From contig OZ024755.1 of NCBI GenBank assembly GCA_964016885.1, forward strand, positions 22,134,001 to 22,198,000: a stretch of 64,000 nt of DNA. Direction: 5' to 3'. Each line of letters begins with the position of its first letter. Positions within the stretch are counted from its first letter, which is position 1. Below, in pieces: positions 12,887 through 27,900 of this stretch. The translations under genes were made by a program, and so were the position numbers. The notes beneath the pieces are model-generated. The model was not told the origin of the DNA. It saw nothing but the letters and a program-made list of their open reading frames with translations, and ran no database searches. The stretch is from Eledone cirrhosa (taxonomy: Eukaryota).

Positions 12887-13824
12887 AGTATATTTTGGTG
12901 GGTGCAATCATTCAGGCTAAATTTTTAGTTTGAGGATACCTTCCTCCATTTCACCAGTTTCAGAGTTCCTGAAAAGGGGTTATGGGCATTATTCTTTCCT
13001 CTCTCACTTGGTAAAGACCCCCTTCGGTCACGAATGACCATGGGATTTGCACCTAGAAAGTTCGCCTCCGTGGCACAAGTCGGGGCAAGATTGTTTGTGG
13101 AAGACCAGCAGTCGCCCATGCATACCAGCCTCCCCTCTCCACGCCACCGATGTTTTCCAAGGGAAAGGCAATGGTCGATACAGTTTGGCACTAGTGATGT
13201 TGCAACTCATTTCTACAGCTGAGTAAACTGGAACAACGTGAAATAAAGTGTCTTGCTCAAGGACACAACGCATCATCCAGTCCGAGAATCAAACTCGCAA
13301 CCTCCTGATTGCAAGCCCAATGCTCTAACCACTAAGCCATGCGCCTTGACTTAACAGGCAGCAAATTGGCAAAGTCATTAGCTCTGCTCTCTGAGTTCAA
13401 ATCCTGCAGAGGTTAACTTCATCTTTCATCCATTCAAGGTCAATAATAAAAGTACCAGTCTAGTACTGTTGATTCTTCCTCTATATCTTTTTCTCTCTTC
13501 CATTCTCTCATTCTCTATCTATCTTTCTCTGGAAAAATTCTGCTATATTCAAACCTGGAGAGGAGATGGGCTCCATCAGGTTTCAAAAATACTCTAGAAA
13601 CACTGCATGTCAATATGGCGCCCCTATGACTCTCTCAGGAGTGACGGGTTCATACTATATCTTGACTAAACAGTAAAAAAGAAAAAAGGGGGCGGGTGTT
13701 ATAAGGTGTCATATACAAATATTAAATCATTATATCTAAAATTTTAAACCTATTGAGCAAATTAAGAAAGAAAGTCATTTCTTGGTAAAGTTTCTGAAAA
13801 TAATATCTTTATTCTTCTCCTTAG

Positions 13825-13948
13825 TAGGAAAGAAGGTGTACTGGTTGAAGCCCATGTTGACCATAGTTATACGCCACCCAGTGGATTTCGTGAGGAATTT
13901 GAAGCTGCCCTGAGTCTTATTAAATTCTCAAAACTTGAATTTTGTTAA
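13825..13948 (+). CDS. THAP-domain protein, terminal coding exon
   Basis: Acceptor tctttattcttctccttag; phase-2 reading gives SRKEGVLVEAHVDHSYTPPSGFREEFEAALSLIKFSKLEFC*, including DHSY, the [DE]HxY HCF-1-binding motif typical of THAP proteins. Confidence 0.8.
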
Positions 13949-14218
13949 GTTTCTTCAACACAAAAGAAATCCTTCAATTTTAGAGTAGTCATGTGACTCA
14001 AATGCTGAATTCTCATTGGCCAAATTCACACTACATCAAAACTTCAAAAGATCTCAAATGTAAATTTGTTGTAATGAAATATTTTCTATATTCATGTTTG
14101 ACCAGAACATTATTTCCATGATTTTATGTTTGTTTACCATAAAACAGAAAAAAAAGAAATAATAACTCACATCCTTCTGTTTTTTTTGTTTTTTTGTTTT
14201 TTTTTCAAACATCTTTAA

Positions 14219-14438
14219 CCCTTTAATGTTCAAACTGGCCAAAACCGGCCAGAATCCTCTACCTCTTTCTGTTGAAACTGGCTGTAACCGGTCGTTCAAA
14301 CTGATGTTAAGGTATTGTTCTCGAAATAAATACTTTCAAAATCTCATAGATTCAATATTATGTGAGATAATTATGCAAGGAAAAGCCTTTACCATGAAAA
14401 TATAATAGTATATATAGAGTAATGTAAATGCTAAAGGG
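14219..14438. mobile_element. piggyBac-like MITE
   Basis: TTAA flanks and CCCTTTA/TAAAGGG ends; collinear with 23436-23656. Confidence 0.75.
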
Positions 14439-15877
14439 TTAACGCCTTGGATAAGGCAGCGAATTGGCAAAGTTATTAGAATGTTTGATAGAATGCTTTG
14501 TGCCAACTCTTTGCTGTCTCAGTTCAAATCCTGTTGAGGTCAACTTTGCCTTTCATTCATTCAATAAGTACCAGTCTAGTACTGGGCTTGATTCTTCCTC
14601 TCTGACTCTCTCTCTCACTTTCTATCGTTCTCTGGAAGAAATTTGCTGTACTCAGGCCTGGAGAAGAGATGGGCTCTGCCAGGCTTAAATTGCCGAATAA
14701 ATACCATTTGTAAATACAGCGCCCCTCCGACTCAATCAGGAGTTATTGGGGACAAAGAAGAAGAACCCCTTCAACACCAAACTGCCATGGGCTTATTATA
14801 CCAAACAATTAATTATTGCTAGGAACCTTATAAATATAATACACAGAAATATATAATCAAAATGAGAGGGAAAAAAACAACAAAAAAACCCCATCAATTC
14901 AACACTAAGACCATCAATCAGTCACACACCACAAAGGTCATCAGAAATTTTTGATGTAAAACTATTTATTTTAAAGTGTACATATTTATCGAAAAACCTT
15001 CCATTAGAATTATATATAAGAATGATTTAAGATGATTCCAACATCAGATTAATAATTACAAAATTTGTTATATTACTAAATCCTTCCGAATTCTTCAAAA
15101 TGATTTGAAAATCATAAGTAGTGTTATTTTGTTAGAAATATGCTGGAAAAATAGTTTGTCGATAATTCCTGATATTTTACTGAATTAATTGAAAAACTTT
15201 GATAATATGTTAATGAAAAATATAATCCTGATAGTTGTAGGTCTGCTGGAATTGACAGACCAGCAACTTAGACATTTTAGTTAAAATCCATTGGAAAAAA
15301 ATGTTTTCTTGTTAATACATTTGAAAGAATTATCTCCCTTAAAAACTAACTCTTGCACAGCACAACACTTGTCAGAATGGAGATGCTTACACACTGACAC
15401 ATTTTGATATCTGGGAGGGCCCCTCAGTCATGTTAAGGACATGATAGCCTCTCTAGTGTTTGTGGTCTACTTGATAAATGCCCCCAGTACACACTGTAAA
15501 GTGATTGGGGATAGGAAGAGCATCTAGATGCCAAAAGCTTGCTAAACAAAGGGGCAGGAGGACCCTTCAGTCCTGTCAATGAAATGACAAACTGTTATGT
15601 GCACTCTGTAGAATGTGAGACCATACATAAGCAAAATGACAGAGCCCCTGCTTCAGTACTGACTTGGTCTATGTAGACCCATCCAACTCTTGCTAGCAGG
15701 GAAAGCGGACAATAAATGAGTGCTGTAAAGTTAAATTTCAGTTTCCATTTTGAGTCATTTCACAAATTAGAAAAATATATCTATATATCATCATTTAACG
15801 TCTATTTCCTTTTGCAGAAAGTGTGTTTTTCTATTGATATAATCGTATTACATATTTCTATAGTGAGTGTTTGTATG

Positions 15878-16283
15878 TAGTGGAGTCTGTGCTGCTGTAT
15901 GGGTCTGAGACTTGGACACTGACCAAGAAGCTCACTCAGATGGTGGATGGGTGCTACACGAGAATGCTGAGGATGGCTCTGAACATTAATCAGTATACAC
16001 TGAGGATGAAAAACTCAGAGCTGTATGGGAGCATCCCAAAAGTCAGCTCAAAAGTGACACAGAGGAGACTGAGGTTGGCTGGACATGCTCACCGACATCC
16101 AGAGTTGACATTGCACTCAGTGCTCCTTTGGGAGCCCCTACATGGACACACTAGAAGAGGAAGACCAAGGTTAACGTATATACTGGTCTGTTGGAGATGC
16201 AGGACATGGCAGCGATAATGAGGGACAGAGACCGCTGGAGAGAACTCGTCCATGGATCTCGGGAATTTGACCCGCCTTAAATA
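15878..16283 (+). mobile_element. LINE ORF2 3' fragment
   Basis: VESVLLYGSETWTL...RRLRLAGH...RRGRPRLTY, typical RTE-group C-terminus. Confidence 0.8.
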
Positions 16284-16829
16284 GATATATATATATATAT
16301 ATATATATATCATCATCATCATAATCACCATTTAATGTCCATTTTTCCATGCTAGCATGGGTTAGACAGGTTGTCTTGTTTGAGGCAAGTTGGGTCAGGT
16401 GACCATGTCTTGCTCACACAGAACTGTTTCTGGCTTGGTTTCTACAGCTGGATGCCCTTCCTAATGCCAACCACATTTACAGTGTGTGCTGGATGCTTTT
16501 TGCTGTGATTCCTACATGATCACTTTACATTGTGGGCTGGGTGGATTTTGTCATGATACTTACATGACCACTTTATAGTGTAGGCTGGGTGCTTTTTGCC
16601 ATGTCGTAAAGCCATCACGACCACTTTACATTGTGGGCTGGAGGCTTCACTGGATGTATGCTACAGCCTGTTCTCATGAGAGATGCATGAGATGGTGCAT
16701 ACTATATATATGTATGCTTCAGTGTTGGCCTGTGCTCATGGGAAGGTGGGTCTTCCAATTCCTCTTATGCCTAGTTTCTCTCTTAGTTCATTTATGCTTT
16801 GCCATTCATGTAAATTACTATTACACATC

Positions 16830-17832
16830 CAGTGGAGCATGCAAGCAAGCTTCATTTCTTTCCAATCTACCCAAGTCTTCTGCACACAGCGCTAGGTATC
16901 ATTACCATGAAACATTGCTGTTCGTATACACGCATCATACAGTAAGCCTTTTGTAGCTAGCAGTGGTAGTAACTTTCTGAACTTCTTCCATCCCATTCTC
17001 ATTCTGGTTACTGTACTTTCAGAACACCCACCTCTGCTGCTAATTTTGTCACCCAGATAGCAGAAGCTATCTACTGAGCCTTCTCAGAATTTGATAGCGC
17101 TTGTTTCCTGTGGTCGTTTGCTGCTTACTGCCTTGGTGCAACTGTTACATGTAAAGTCTACATTCTTAGCTAAAGTTCCTGAGATCCCACTACATCTCTT
17201 GAGTATCCATAGTTTGTATTTGGGACAGAGGATGGAATTTTTACCTACACCTTTCCTACACGCTGAACAAGGCCATTTCCTCGAGGGGATCAGGGCTCTG
17301 TTTTCTATTCTACTTAGCAGGACCTTAAAATCAGGTTGATTTTAAGACCCCTTGTTTCTAGGCCCTGCTGCCATGCTTGGAATTTCCTCTCTAGTTCCAC
17401 CATAGACTCCGCTGAGTGTAAGATCATCCACGTACAGGAGTTCCCATGGGCAGCCAGTTGTAGACTCCTCTGTTATAGCCTGCCATACGATAATAAACAG
17501 GAGAGGGCTAAGAACAGAACTCTGGTGGATGCCAACCTGTATGCTAAATTCCTCGCTATAGTCATGGTTAATCCTAACTTTGCTGACTGCTCCCCTATAC
17601 ATGGCTTGTACAGCCTTCACAAGCCACTCATCTACTCTTAGTTTTCTAAGAGCCCACTGGATTATGGCTCAGGGCACTCTGTCAAAAGCTTTTTCCAGAT
17701 CAACAAATGCCAGGTAGAGCAACTTACTTTTAGCTTGGTACTTTTCCTGCAACTGCTTCACGAGGAAGAGAGCATCTGTTGTGTTCTTGCCTAGTATAAA
17801 TCCAAACTGCATCTCATCTAGATAACTCGTCC
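16830..17832 (-). mobile_element. Decayed LINE reverse-transcriptase fragment
   Basis: VGIHQSSVLSPLLF...LLYVDDL (RT Y/FADD-like) in ORF 17342-17620, with an upstream FVDLEKAFD motif. Confidence 0.82.
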
Positions 17833-18301
17833 TTTCTAACATTTCATAACTTCAAATTCATGAACTTGTTTCCAACAGTTCATAACTTCAAAGCTAGATG
17901 GAGTTACTAATTTATTGATGTGATATTTGTCAATCAAAATAGTCATTTTACTGAAAAAAAAAAAAAAAAAACTGGGCACAGCAACTGTAGCTGTATAAAA
18001 TATACACAGCAGTCAACAGGTTAAACAATTTCTAGATAAACATGTGAAATTCAAAATGAACTGCATCATACAAGAAGCATCATCAAGTTAAATTGCAGTT
18101 TATTTTCCAAATCTTATAGAAAAACAAAGGACATTTATGATTTTTCTTTTTAAAGGTATTTTTTCTGGATAAATAAATATAGAATAATTATTTCTGCAGG
18201 AATTAATCTAAATTCTTGAAATTTCTTTCTACAGAAATATCTCTGGACGAAAACAATAAGAGCAATAATAATATTTTGTTATTATCAATAATGATGTCTT
18301 T

Positions 18302-18540
18302 TTTGGTAGATGCAAACTGTACAGATGCCCACCATATCTTTGTGTGTGTGTAGTGTAGTTATAGATATTTGGTAGATGCAGACTGTACAGATGCCCAACA
18401 TATGTGTGTGTGTGTGGGGGGTGGGGGGACAGTCATAGATATTTTTTAGATGCTGACTTTGCAGATGCCCACCGTGTGTGTTTGTATTGTGTAGTCATGG
18501 ATTTTGGTAGATGCAGACTGTACAGATGCCTACAGATATC
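18302..18540. repeat. Degenerate tandem repeat in the predicted PXDN 3' UTR
   Basis: TTTGGTAGATGCAGACTGTACAGATGCC x4. Confidence 0.75.
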
Positions 18541-18891
18541 TGTATGTGTGTGTGCATTTTTACGCACACATGTGGACATAAAGTGTGGACCAGTATGTTC
18601 ACTTTACATTTTGCATCTTATGGGAATGCTGAAATAAAAAATAAAAAATAAAAAATACAAAAAAAAAAAATGAAACAGACAATGTTCCAGCATGGCCACA
18701 GTTCAGTTACTGAAACCAGTAACAAATATAAGAATATAATATAAAAGGATATATGCACAGATGAATTTTGTGGAAAAAATGTATTTGTCAATTTAATTAA
18801 AAAAGATGTGAAAGAAATATGAAGAATACCAATTCTCCAGAGTTTTGGGGTTTTTTTAACCAAAGAATTTTAAATTCATTTTGTTTGTTTT

Positions 18892-18984
18892 TTAACACAT
18901 TGAACAGCAGACACCTGGAACTTTTTTAGGATTGCTGCAAGTCACCAAAGGACAAATTTCTTTCTCACATTCCACTTGACCATT
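18892..18984 (-). CDS. PXDN: PXDN terminal exon, VWC second half and stop
   Basis: TTACAG| [30 protein letters not shown] (TAA at 18894-18892). Confidence 0.92.
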   Translation of the reverse strand, partial: NGQVECEKEICPLVTCSNPKKVPGVCCSMC

Positions 18985-21900
18985 CTGTAAATAAATAAAA
19001 AAAAAAAAGAATCAATTATATCGATTGAAGGGTCTTTGGAATAACATTATTTGATCGGTGGATTGGCAGTATCGGTAGAGGGTCGGACGCCATGCTTTCC
19101 AGCATAGTTACGTCCCTTTACAATCTGAGTTCAAATCCCGCCGAGGTTGACTTTGCCTTTCATCCTTACGGGGTCGATAAAATAAAGTACCAGTAATGCA
19201 CTGGGTAATTGCTGGCCTTGTGCCTAAAGTAGAAACAATTATTTGATAGGGTGCATAGTTCAGAGATCAGAAAGTCACTCCAGGTATAGCCGTTACTTCT
19301 CTGAACTGAGAGATCACATCTTTGATATCATAAATATGTGGTGAGAATGTCTCAGGAAAGAATCACTGGACAGATTTTATGGGAAAAACCAACTAGTAGG
19401 AGAACTGAGAGTAGACTCCGAGTAAGATGGTTGGATGACATCCAGGAGCTTGGCTGGTCTCACTTGTGGAGTCAGCCAGATCAATTAGAGACGGTTGCTT
19501 CTGACAGGACCTGCTGGAAGGAATGTTTGAGGACTCTGCTGCCCCAACGACCGTCCCAGGAATGTATGAGGAAAAATGAAGAAGCAGAAGAATAAGAATT
19601 ATACCGATTGAATAGAATTGATAGCAAAGTTTGCCAACACAAAATTTGTTTTTTTATTGACATTATATATAAGACTGAATATAAATATTGGACATTCTTC
19701 TATTAGTTTTAGTAATTTGGTTGAGCCGGAACAATCCCTTCAAGTGTATAATTGATTATATTGTCCTCACTAGAGTAACTGGTACTTAATTTATTGATCT
19801 TAGGAGGTTGAAAGTCAAATTTCACCTGGCATGGGTTGGAAAGGTCCTCATGGTTCAGGACTAAATTGGTCAGATAACTACATCTGTTTGAGACCCAGGA
19901 AGACTTGGGATGAGGTGATGAAAGCAGACCTTGCCCAATTGCACCTCTCAAAGGTGATGACACAGGACCGAGATCTTTGGCGTTATGCAGCAATACGGAA
20001 GACCTGACCTCCCACGGACACAGGCCAAAGCTGAAGCATATATACTGTATGCCCCACACTCCCACTGTAAAGTTGTTGTGTAGGTGTCATAACAAAAAGC
20101 ACTCAGTCCACACTGTAAAGTGGTTGTGTAGGTGTCATAACAAAAAGCACTCAGTCCACACTGTAAAGTGGTGTAGGTCTCAACAAAAAACACCCCAGTA
20201 CCTACTGTAAATGAAGTTAAATCCAGCTGTAGAAACCAAGCCAAAATCAGTTCTGTATGAACAAGACATGGTCACCTGACCTATCATTGCTCACAACAGG
20301 ACAACTTGTCTAACCCATGCTAACGTGAAAGAATGGACGTAAAACGGTGATGATGAGGATGATGATGTACTCTCCCGTCGATTTGACATATGAGGGTTCA
20401 ACAGTCTTTTCAGTTCATTGCTTTATTTTTATGCTTCATATGGCACTTCAATCCAGCTGCTGATTTACACAGCAATCCACATTCTGTGCAGGTGACAGGA
20501 TCTCGAACAGAGCAGGCTGGAATGTCTGACCAGACTTTGGTGTTAGATCTTAAGTTATGGAGGTGCGCTAAACGAGATTTCTCAAAGTTCATTATACCTT
20601 CATGACAGACAGTTCTCCATTTTTTACAGTTGGCAGTCATGGCTTCAAACAAAGAAAGATGTACATTGACAGACTTACGATTGTATTTCATTTTGTCCTT
20701 ATATCGGAGTAGTGGCCTGCTCAAACTATGCATGCCATCCTGGAGCTGACTGTACAACAGTACCTTAGGTGTGCAGTTCTCAGACATCCGTAGGGCATGA
20801 CCAGTCCATCTGAGTTGGGATTGCATCAGAAATGACTCAATCCCACCCATATATATATATTGAGCAAGACACTTTATTTCACATTGCTCCAGTTTACTCA
20901 GCTGTAGAAATGAGATGATAGGGACTGGGGTCCAAATCATTCCACTGCAAAGTGGTCGGTAGGTGCCACGGCAAAAAAAGCACCCTGCACTCACTGTAAA
21001 TGAGGTTGGTGTTAGGAAGGGCATCCAGCTGTAGAAATCAAGCCAGAATCAGTTCCCGTCCCACCCTTGCAAGCAGGGAAAAAGCGGACGTAAAATGAAA
21101 TGAATGATGATGAATGATATATGTATGTATACACACACACACATACATATATATCCAATCCAGAGCCTTCTCACTCCCTGGTTGACCTCCACTGCTTTCT
21201 GTTTGGATTTGCTCATGTCAGATGTGTAGTTGTACTCATCACACTTGGCCAGTTGCAGGTTGGTGAGGCTATTTAACCCATAATTGGGGTCGATGGCCGT
21301 TGACTCTGAGGAGTTCATCTGCCTTTTTTAGTGCTCTTGTATATCCAGTTTAGAATAGATACACCCTACTTTTGTGTGTCATAAGAAGCAACTAAAAAAG
21401 TTAGTACCAGAAAAGCAGATATTATTACATTGCCTCAAAAGTCCTGTCTGACCCATGCCAGCAAGTCAACGTCAAAACGATGATGATGATGATATAAATA
21501 TATAAAGAGAGAGTGAGATTGTATGTGTATGTGCGTGTATATATATGTGTGAGTGTAAATTCCTCCCTAAATAGATGACCACTCGGCTAGTGAATCAAAT
21601 GAATAGATTAAGTACTGGGGGATGATATGACTAACTGAAGTCATTGGAGACGGTGCCCTAGCATACTGTATTTCAATAACTGAAACCAGTAAAAGAATAT
21701 AAATACACATAGATCAGTTAAGGAAGAACACATTGATCATTTGTTTTTGTTTTGAAACATTTCTGTTTCACATTTAAAAAGAGGGTTTTAGCCCTGAAAT
21801 ATTGTGTTGAAATATACTGGGTAAAACATTACTTTTTGTTTTATTTGTCATCCTTTGCCCTTTATATATTTCTACCACATTGTACCGGCTATTTGAAACT

Positions 21901-24900
21901 TATCAGTCATTTATTAAATATCTCACAACGCTTTGTATTAACTACACTACTTTATAGAATTAAACATTTCTTAGTTAAAACATATAGTCCAACACCTACA
22001 AGTGGCTATGAATTTGTGCGTCCCTGGTCAACACACATATACCAATAACTAAGATGTGTAGTCAGATCTCACCAAATAAATCTTTGGAAAATATAGTTTA
22101 CCTTGCATTTACACACTTGGCAATCATTCACTTTCCATTCTTCAGAGTTGGAATATTTTTTGCCATCAGCTCCTAAACATGTTGAAAGACTTGATTGTTG
22201 CTTTTGCAATCCAAATACCTGAAAAATAAAACATATTTTTTCAAAACTGGTTTCTGATTTAGGTTTTAAGCTATAGCTTATTTAGCTTATAGGAAAATCC
22301 AGCACTGGCTACACAGAGGCCCCCAAGGGTGTGTGGACCTAAGCTATAGCTTATCTATCAGTCCAGCACTAGTTACACTGAGGCCCCCGAAGGTGTGTGG
22401 TCCTAATTCTAGTTAAGTTCAGCACTGATTTCACTGTGAAATTACGTCAATAATCCCTTTTAATATCTTGGTAGTAAATAAATTAAATAACTCATTGAGG
22501 GAAACAGCTCTCTACCATACATATTTACAACTATTAAAAACTAGTCAATAAAAAAAAAAAAGAGAAAAGGCCTTTACATTGCTGATAGGCCTGCTAGAAA
22601 TAGGGAAGAGTTAAGTACTTGCCTTTAAAAGCTATGAGATTCTAGAGCCATTTATAATATAAATTGTTAAAAATAAAGAGATTTGCAACAATATATGTCT
22701 AACACTTGCAGACATGCTCACAAAATCAGAAAACAGTACAGCTCCCATGACTTTCGGAAACATTTTTTCATGCTCAGAGTTAGTGAAGCATGGAACAAGC
22801 TACCTGTATCAGTTGTTAGCTGTCGGGACACTGCATCCTTTAAAACTTCTATGCTTCCAGAAATTCGCCAACACTACTCCTGATATTTCCCCTTCATACA
22901 CATGCGCGCGTGTCTGAGTGTAAGTGTGTATATATGTGTTTGTGAGTGTATATGTATCATGGCTCATACACTGTTCACTTTCCTGACTTTTGTACATTAT
23001 TCTATGTGCTATACATGCACCTTTGATGAGTTGTAGTGCACCTCAGCACTGTACACAATAAATTTCATATTATAGTGAATAACAATTTCAAAAACAATAA
23101 GTCAGTACTTACTTGTTTTCTGAGTTTACGAACCATCCTATCAAGCTTCTTAATAGTATTTTCCATACCTTCTACCCGAGTATCAAGGTGTTTAGATTTC
23201 TGGTTACTGCTGTAGAAATAGCTAGAATTAGCTGGGCTTACTGGTTGGTCATTTAACAACTGAGAATCTCTGAGCAAATTTGAAGATAAAAATTCCCGTC
23301 TGTCTTCAGGATAACTGTGAAATGACCGACGGCTGCGATAATAACTTGTAATAGATTGGAATTCACCAGACTTTTGACAATCTGAAATACAATGAAACAA
23401 AATTCATTTATCATGAATGTAAAAATTAAGATTAACCCTTTAGCATTTAAACTGGCCATAACCAGCCAGAATTCTCTCACCTCTTTTTGTTCAAACTGGT
23501 CGTAACTGGTTGCTCATACCAATGTTAAGGTATTGTTCTCAAAATAAATAATATCAAAATCTCGTAGATTCGATATTATGTGAGATAATTATGTGAGATA
23601 AAGTGTTTACTGTGAAAATATAATAGTAAATATAGAGTAATGTGAATGCTAAAGGGTTAACATAAAAATTGCTAACTGTCACTAGAGTATTAATTAGTGG
23701 TGAAGCATGTTGTATGGTTATTATTGAACTGGGAGGTGGATTAACAGTATCGGTAGAGGGTCGGACGCCATGCTTTCCAGCATAGTTCCATCCCTTTACG
23801 ATCTGAGTTCAAATCCCGCCGAGGTTGACTTTGCCTTTCATCCTTACGGGGTCGATAAAATAAAGTACCAGTAATGCACTGAATAATTGCTGGCCTTGTG
23901 GTGCCTAAAGTAGAAACAATTATTGAACTGGGTGAATAAATATTTATGAAAATCAATCACAACCAAATCATATGCTGAGCTAGGACATACTGTAACTTTT
24001 ATTATGGGAGCCCACTAATGTGAAACACAAATGCTGCAGATCTCTTAAGACATTAAAGAGCATCACTGAGGAAGATAGAGAATTATCCAGTAAAGAACTG
24101 AAACAGTTAATGTTGGATCATGTGAGATGGAAAGATTTTATCATGTCATCACAAAGATGTGGATGAATTTAGTAGTAGTAGTAAAGCTAGTGTGAGCAGG
24201 ATGGAATATATTTACAATCAGGCACACCAAATAAACATGATCTAAATATGTTAGACATAGAAAGAGAATGGCATTAGCAATAGTGTATGTATGTATGAGC
24301 CCATAACTTCTGAGGGGTCATAGGGGCACCATTTTGACATACAGAGTTTCTATGGCATTTTAAAACCTGGCTCTGAATACAGCAGTTTTTTTTTCCAGAG
24401 CAGGATAGAGAAAGATTGAAAGAATGGAAGTGTAAAAAAGATATAGAGGAAGAATTGACCCCAGTACTAGATTGGTACTTTTTTTATCAAGCTTAAATGG
24501 ATGAAAACAATAGGGTACAAACTATCAATTTATCACCTAATGGTAAATTGAGTATTAACATGATAGAATTAATACAATTTTTTTTTTTACCAAAGCAACA
24601 ATCGGACCACATCTTGATGTCAATTTTAGGAATTTGCTCGCATCGTAGATAATCTGATCCATTCTTGACAATTTGGAAAACATTTCTCTGAACCTGATCA
24701 ATATTGTCACTGTTGTCACATATGATGCGAGCTAGTGTTACTTGTCTCAGCTGTGTTAGTTGGTCAGCAGTAAACACACCAGGGTTTTCATACCAAAATC
24801 TGAAAGTCAAATGTTAAGAAATCTGTAACACAAGGTTAATAGTTCATCGAAATAAATTTAGTCCAGTCATTGTTTTTTTTTTTTATTTTTAGTTTTTTTT

Positions 24901-27900
24901 TGTTAGATCCCAGATCTCATTCGCTTAGAAAGGGTTTATCAAAAATGTTACCAGAAAAAAAAAAAAAAAAGAAATAGAGAGTTAAGAGACAAACCTGTCA
25001 CCATCCCGAAGTCTGCGGAATTGATCAGCAATGATACATAAAAATGTTGGTCCCACTTTTGAATTTCTTATGGGAGCTTCACTTATTCCACCAACAAACA
25101 GATCAATGTTATCTACAAGACACAATGTTATTGGTAAGAAATATATACTTTTGGTGTTTTGTGGCAATGTTTTCATTTTTAGTTACTCCCCACTTTGACA
25201 GTTAGATATGAAATTTATTATGAATATAAATACAGTGTACCCACAGCATTCGTGGTCCTGGTTATTCACGGAACTTTCCTTAGAACCTAATTAAAATAAT
25301 TGTTCGTGGAAACCACTGTATATTCACTGAATCATAAATATCTTCTGCGATTTTTTTTTATGGCTTTTTTTTTGTAGCAATATATATTTTTTTTAAAACT
25401 AAATTATTAATAATATACCGTATTTGCTGGCTTATTAGACACCCCCTCGCATAAGACGCTACCTCTTTTTAAAATTATATTTTGCGTTATATTTTGACGT
25501 ATATAGGCATTTTTATGGACCACATCCAATTTTCATGGTTTTTCATTCTTCGCGAGTGGTCTAGGGACGTAACCCCTGTGAATACTGGGGCGACAACTGT
25601 ATATATATGAACAGATACCTCAGTACATGTTGGGTTACAGCACTGATATAGTGTCAGGAGGACTCTACATGGACATGACAACTTCACTAGTGCTTGTGCT
25701 ACAATAAAATGTATCCAGAGTACTCTGTAAAGTAATTGCCATTAGCATTCCCTTTAAATGGCATTAATCTCTCAGAGATGTGTGACATTAAATAATAATA
25801 ATAATAATAATAATGAAATTATTGTGTAAAGTGCTCAGGTGCACGACAACTCATCAAAGGTGCATGTATAGTACATAGAATAATATACAAATGTCAGGGA
25901 AGTGAATAGTGTAGGAGTCATGATATACATATGTGTATGTGTATGGAGGGGGAACATTAGGTGTAGTGTTGGCGAATCTCGGGAAGCATGGAGGTTTTAA
26001 AGGATGCAGTGTCTCGACAGCTAACAACTGATGCAGGTAGTTTGGTCCAGCAGATGCAAGACAAATATTCTTCTGAATAAGATGCCAGGCTACTGAAGAC
26101 AACTTTTTTTTGATGGAAAACTTAAACGTAGTGCTGCAAGTCAGTAAAGGCCAAATTTACAGCTACGTACAACAGATGCATGCAACAGGCCATTATACCA
26201 CCATAAGGGACCTATATACAACGGGCCATTGTACTCCCTTGAGGTACCTACATACAATATGTAATTATACCAGCTTGAGGTACCTACATAGAACAAGCCA
26301 TTATACCAGAGGTACCTACCATACCAACACACAAGCTTTGTAAGCCTCCTTCTTTCGAGTAATGTTATTCATTAGATTTGTATAGTTTGGAGATCAGAGA
26401 GGCACTCCAGGTAGAGCCGCTACTTTTCTGAATTGAGAGATCACTGCTCTGATACTATGGGCATGTGGTTAGAATGTCTCCGGAAAGATTTTACAGGCAA
26501 AAACCAACTGGCAGGAGACCCAAGGGTAGACTCACGAGCAAGATAGTTGGATAACATCCATGAGCTTGGCTGGTCTCACTTTGAGATCCAGCAGGATTAG
26601 TTGGAGATGGTTGCTTCTGACAAGACCCACTGGAAGGAGTGGTTGAGGGCTCTGCCCCATGACCCTCTCAGGAATAAGTGGGTGAAGAAGTACCACCAAT
26701 ATACAGCTAAATGTTTTCATCTATGGCTAAGACAATGCTAGTGACAGGATACAAACCTTTCATTCTTCACTTTGTTCCTTGTTAACATGTCAACGAGATT
26801 ATCTATGTTGTTTTTGTTACCATTCCCATTTACATGGATTTAGCCAGCCTCTTATGGATGGTCTCTCGGTGGAAGGGGGAGGAACTTGAACTCAGGATGT
26901 ACACAGAGAGAGAGAGCACATATACTGCATGTCTGATGCTCTAACAATTCCATGAATCCACCATCTTGGACTGGTACTTTACTTATCAGTGTCAAAAAGG
27001 ATGGAAGGCAAAGTTGACTTAGGAAGGATTTGAACTCAGAATAAAGTTAGTTAGAACAGATACCACAATTCATTCTATCCAAATCTCTAACAGCTTCCCA
27101 ATTAAGTTATCTATGTTCTAATGTGGTAAGAACTCTCAGGAGAGCTGGACAGCAGAAAGTCTTCAGAGAAGAACATCCCCTTCAAACATCATCATCATCA
27201 TCATTATCATTTTACGTCTGCTTTTCTCTGCTTGCAAAGGTGGGACGGGAACTGATTCTGGCTTGATTTCTACAGCTGGATGCCCTTCCTAACACCAACC
27301 TCATTTACAGTGAGTGGTGCGTGCTTTTTTTCCGTGGCGCCTACACGACCACTTTGCAGTGGAATGATAGGGACCCCTGTTCTATCATCTCATTTCTACA
27401 GCTGAGTAAACTGGAGCAATGTGAAATAAAGTGTCTTGCTCAAGGAAACATCACATCACCTGGTCTGAGAATTGAACTCACAACCTTTCAATTGCAAGCC
27501 CAATGCTCTAACACTAAGCCATGTGCCTCCATAAACAAGTATTTTTATATATGTGTGTGTGTGTGTGTGTGTGGTAACAAACTCACAGGAGAGCTAGTCA
27601 TCAGAAGGTCTTCACAGAAGACCTCCCAACCACCACCTCAAGCATGTGTTTTGGCCCTTAATAATTATCATAATATGGCAATAGAAGGAAACATCACTTC
27701 TAGTAAGCAATACTAACCTGGATGTCTATAGAGAGTTTCTAGATGAGATCGTATCTTTGAATCTGGAATTTCTTTTTTTAACTGAATGAACGACTTGGCT
27801 TTCTTCATCCCACAAAAACCTCTGTATTCATTGTAGCTGGGAAGGCCATGATCTCTGCCTCGTTGAATGTTTAAAGAAGCTAGGTCTTGTCCAACTGAAT

